From NCBI RefSeq assembly GCF_001194135.2, contig NC_068981.1, positions 53,620,482 through 53,670,304 of the forward strand: 49,823 bases of DNA, read 5' to 3'. The notes below the pieces were generated by a model. That model was not told the DNA's origin and searched no databases. It was given only the letters and a program-made list of their open reading frames with translations. This stretch comes from Octopus bimaculoides. Taxonomy: Eukaryota. A program made the translations under genes and the position numbers. Shown in pieces: positions 48,042 to 49,823 of this stretch (within the stretch, counting starts at the first letter, position 1; every line of letters begins with the position of its first letter).

Positions 48042-48097
48042 AGGGTTTTAGGGTTAGTGTTAGGGAATTCCGTCCCTAACCCTAACCCTAAAACCCT
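48042..48097. repeat. Inverted telomeric-type repeat hairpin
   Basis: AGGGTTTTAGGGTTAGTGTTAGGGA-attccg-TCCCTAACCCTAACCCTAAAACCCT: 24/25-bp stem, 6-nt loop. Confidence 0.9.
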
Positions 48098-48984
48098 GAC
48101 AGTCGAAGTTGATAATCTACAAACATAAATATGTATAAACTATTACTTCTTCCTGAAAACAAAAGCATATGTTGATAGGTTTGATAAATTGGTTCAGCTA
48201 ACGCCAAATGTCATTTTAGGAGGCTGACTTGCCTAAGGTTCCAATACTGTCGTATTAAGATGTTATGCTTATTTGAAGAATATGCTCTTCAACAATAAAG
48301 AATGATGGGTTCAAATCCCATGACATTGTCTATGTTCTTTGATAAGCAAAGTACTTAATTTTGTTTCGAATGACGGACTTCTTCGTCTATAGGGAGTTTA
48401 ACGTAATATAGAGTTACCTCCCTTCTATAATTAAACTGTTAAATTTACATAGTTTAGTCATTTTAATTCATTAGTCAAGAATGGAATTGCAATTATTATA
48501 GTGGCTGTAGAAAAACAGAAGTAGCATTTTTAAAAAAATATTCTTTGACAGAAGCTTATATGCGGAAACTGGTGCTAATGTTAGCTCTTCTCGAGAATTG
48601 CACATTTACCACTTGTTACCTATTTTCCATTAACCTCTTAGTAATATCTTGACTGTAAAATAATATGCTTTATTGTTCAGAAATAGTGAAATGAAATGTG
48701 CGATATTTTTAAAAACGATATATATTTTTAAGTTTGCTATTAGAATAAAGATAACATTGCTTGTTTTTTACTATTTAATGTTTTTAGATATATTTTGACT
48801 GTACTCATCAAAGTGGATTAAATGAAATGCTTCAATTCTAGAACCAAAGTTACAATAATTTTTTTATTAGCTACAATAATTCTTAATGTTCATAAGAAAT
48901 ACGATATTACTTTTGATGTCTAATAGAATTAATGTTACAGTATATAATTGTTTCAGGAAGATCTGCAGCAGAAGTGTTGAAACC

Positions 48985-49235
48985 AATCCTTCTGGTGGTG
49001 TAAAGCACTCATGGCAGTGTCACATAAGAGTGCCTGTGTGGTGCTATGTAAAAGCACGCAGCACACTGTAAAGTGGTTGGCATTAGGAAGGGCATCCAGC
49101 CATAGAAACCATGCTAAATCAGACTGGAGTCCAGTGTTGCCCCACCCCCCACCCTTTCCAGCTTGCAGCTCTGGTCTCACCATTCAACCCATACTTGCTT
49201 GGACAATGGACATTAAATGATATAATGATGATGAT
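48985..49235 (+). mobile_element. RTE-tail-derived repeat
   Basis: AAAAGCAC...GGTTGGCATTAGGAAGGGCATCCAGCC...(GAT)n tail. Confidence 0.65.
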
Positions 49236-49492
49236 AAGGCAGAAGGCTTGCACTTTTGAGGGGTGGGGATTTGTCAATACCATCTATTCCAGTACTTGAT
49301 TGGTACATTATTTTAATGGCCCCCAAGGGACGATATGTGCACACTCAATATGCATTGAACTTTTACTTCTCCATGTTTTCTTTTCATCTAATTTATTGAA
49401 ATTAAAATACCATTTCAATCTTTAAAAGACAGGAAATCTTTCATTTAAACAACTGGCAATAGTAGTTGTTTTGAATTATAAATTATATATAA

Positions 49493-49583
49493 CTAGCAGA
49501 AATACCCGGCGTTGCCCGGGTTAAAGAGAATAATGAAATCTAAAAACGCCGTCTAGACTACGCATCATCTTTATATATAGAGA
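49493..49583 (-). mobile_element. Complete 91-bp non-autonomous Helitron
   Basis: Minus strand reads a|TCTCTATATATAAAG ... CCCGGGCAACGCCGGG-TATTTCTG-CTAG|t: 5' TC, 3' GC hairpin plus CTAG, inserted in an AT dinucleotide with no TSD. Confidence 0.8.
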
Positions 49584-49823
49584 TGTATATACACACACGC
49601 ACCCAAACACACGTATATATATGTATATCAATATGAATATATGAAAGTCAATGAAGTTTCGTAAAAGAAGGTGATCATGTACATACTTTCTTGCTGTTGT
49701 GATTATAACACCTCATTGTAAACTATGTTCCTTGTTTTCCCTTGTGGAGCATATACAAATAGGTTTTTTGTTGCTGCCCACTCTTGAGCAGCCAACATAC
49801 AGTTGTCCATGTGAGAAGCAGGG

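Noticed and set aside
47436-49823. TCP1 coding exons downstream of the divergent ATG
   Set aside because: Candidate acceptors checked (about 47975, 48017, 48955) give no TCP1-like peptide.

Overview
AT-rich, repeat-dense animal genomic DNA. The SINE, LINE and microsatellite landscape suggests a coleoid cephalopod (octopus-like); this is inference and was not checked against a database. One protein-coding gene could be assembled by hand from six small minus-strand exons, only one of which overlaps an ORF-track entry. It is mitochondrial ribosomal protein L18 (MRPL18/uL18m): 633-nt CDS, 210 aa, spanning 8721-46697, with compatible splice phases at all five introns. The rest is mostly decayed mobile DNA: two mariner copies, a Merlin (IS1016/ISXO2-like) element plus a non-autonomous derivative, a deleted Ty3/Gypsy element with LTRs and TSD, RTE, CR1-like and HERO/NeSL-like LINE remnants, TTAA-flanked piggyBac-type MITEs, Tigger-like elements, Helitron/HINE pieces and several tRNA-SINE families. 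The most unusual signal is five type-I hammerhead-ribozyme motifs from four unrelated sequence contexts inside MRPL18 introns. Two of them form a 467-bp head-to-head foldback of a tRNA-promoter plus hammerhead unit. Other oddities are a 117-bp tandem repeat with a perfect 20-bp hairpin, a telomeric-repeat hairpin, a 91-bp complete mini-Helitron and a candidate divergent first exon. Three duplications flanking N-gaps look like assembly artefacts. All translations and base-pairings were read by eye.
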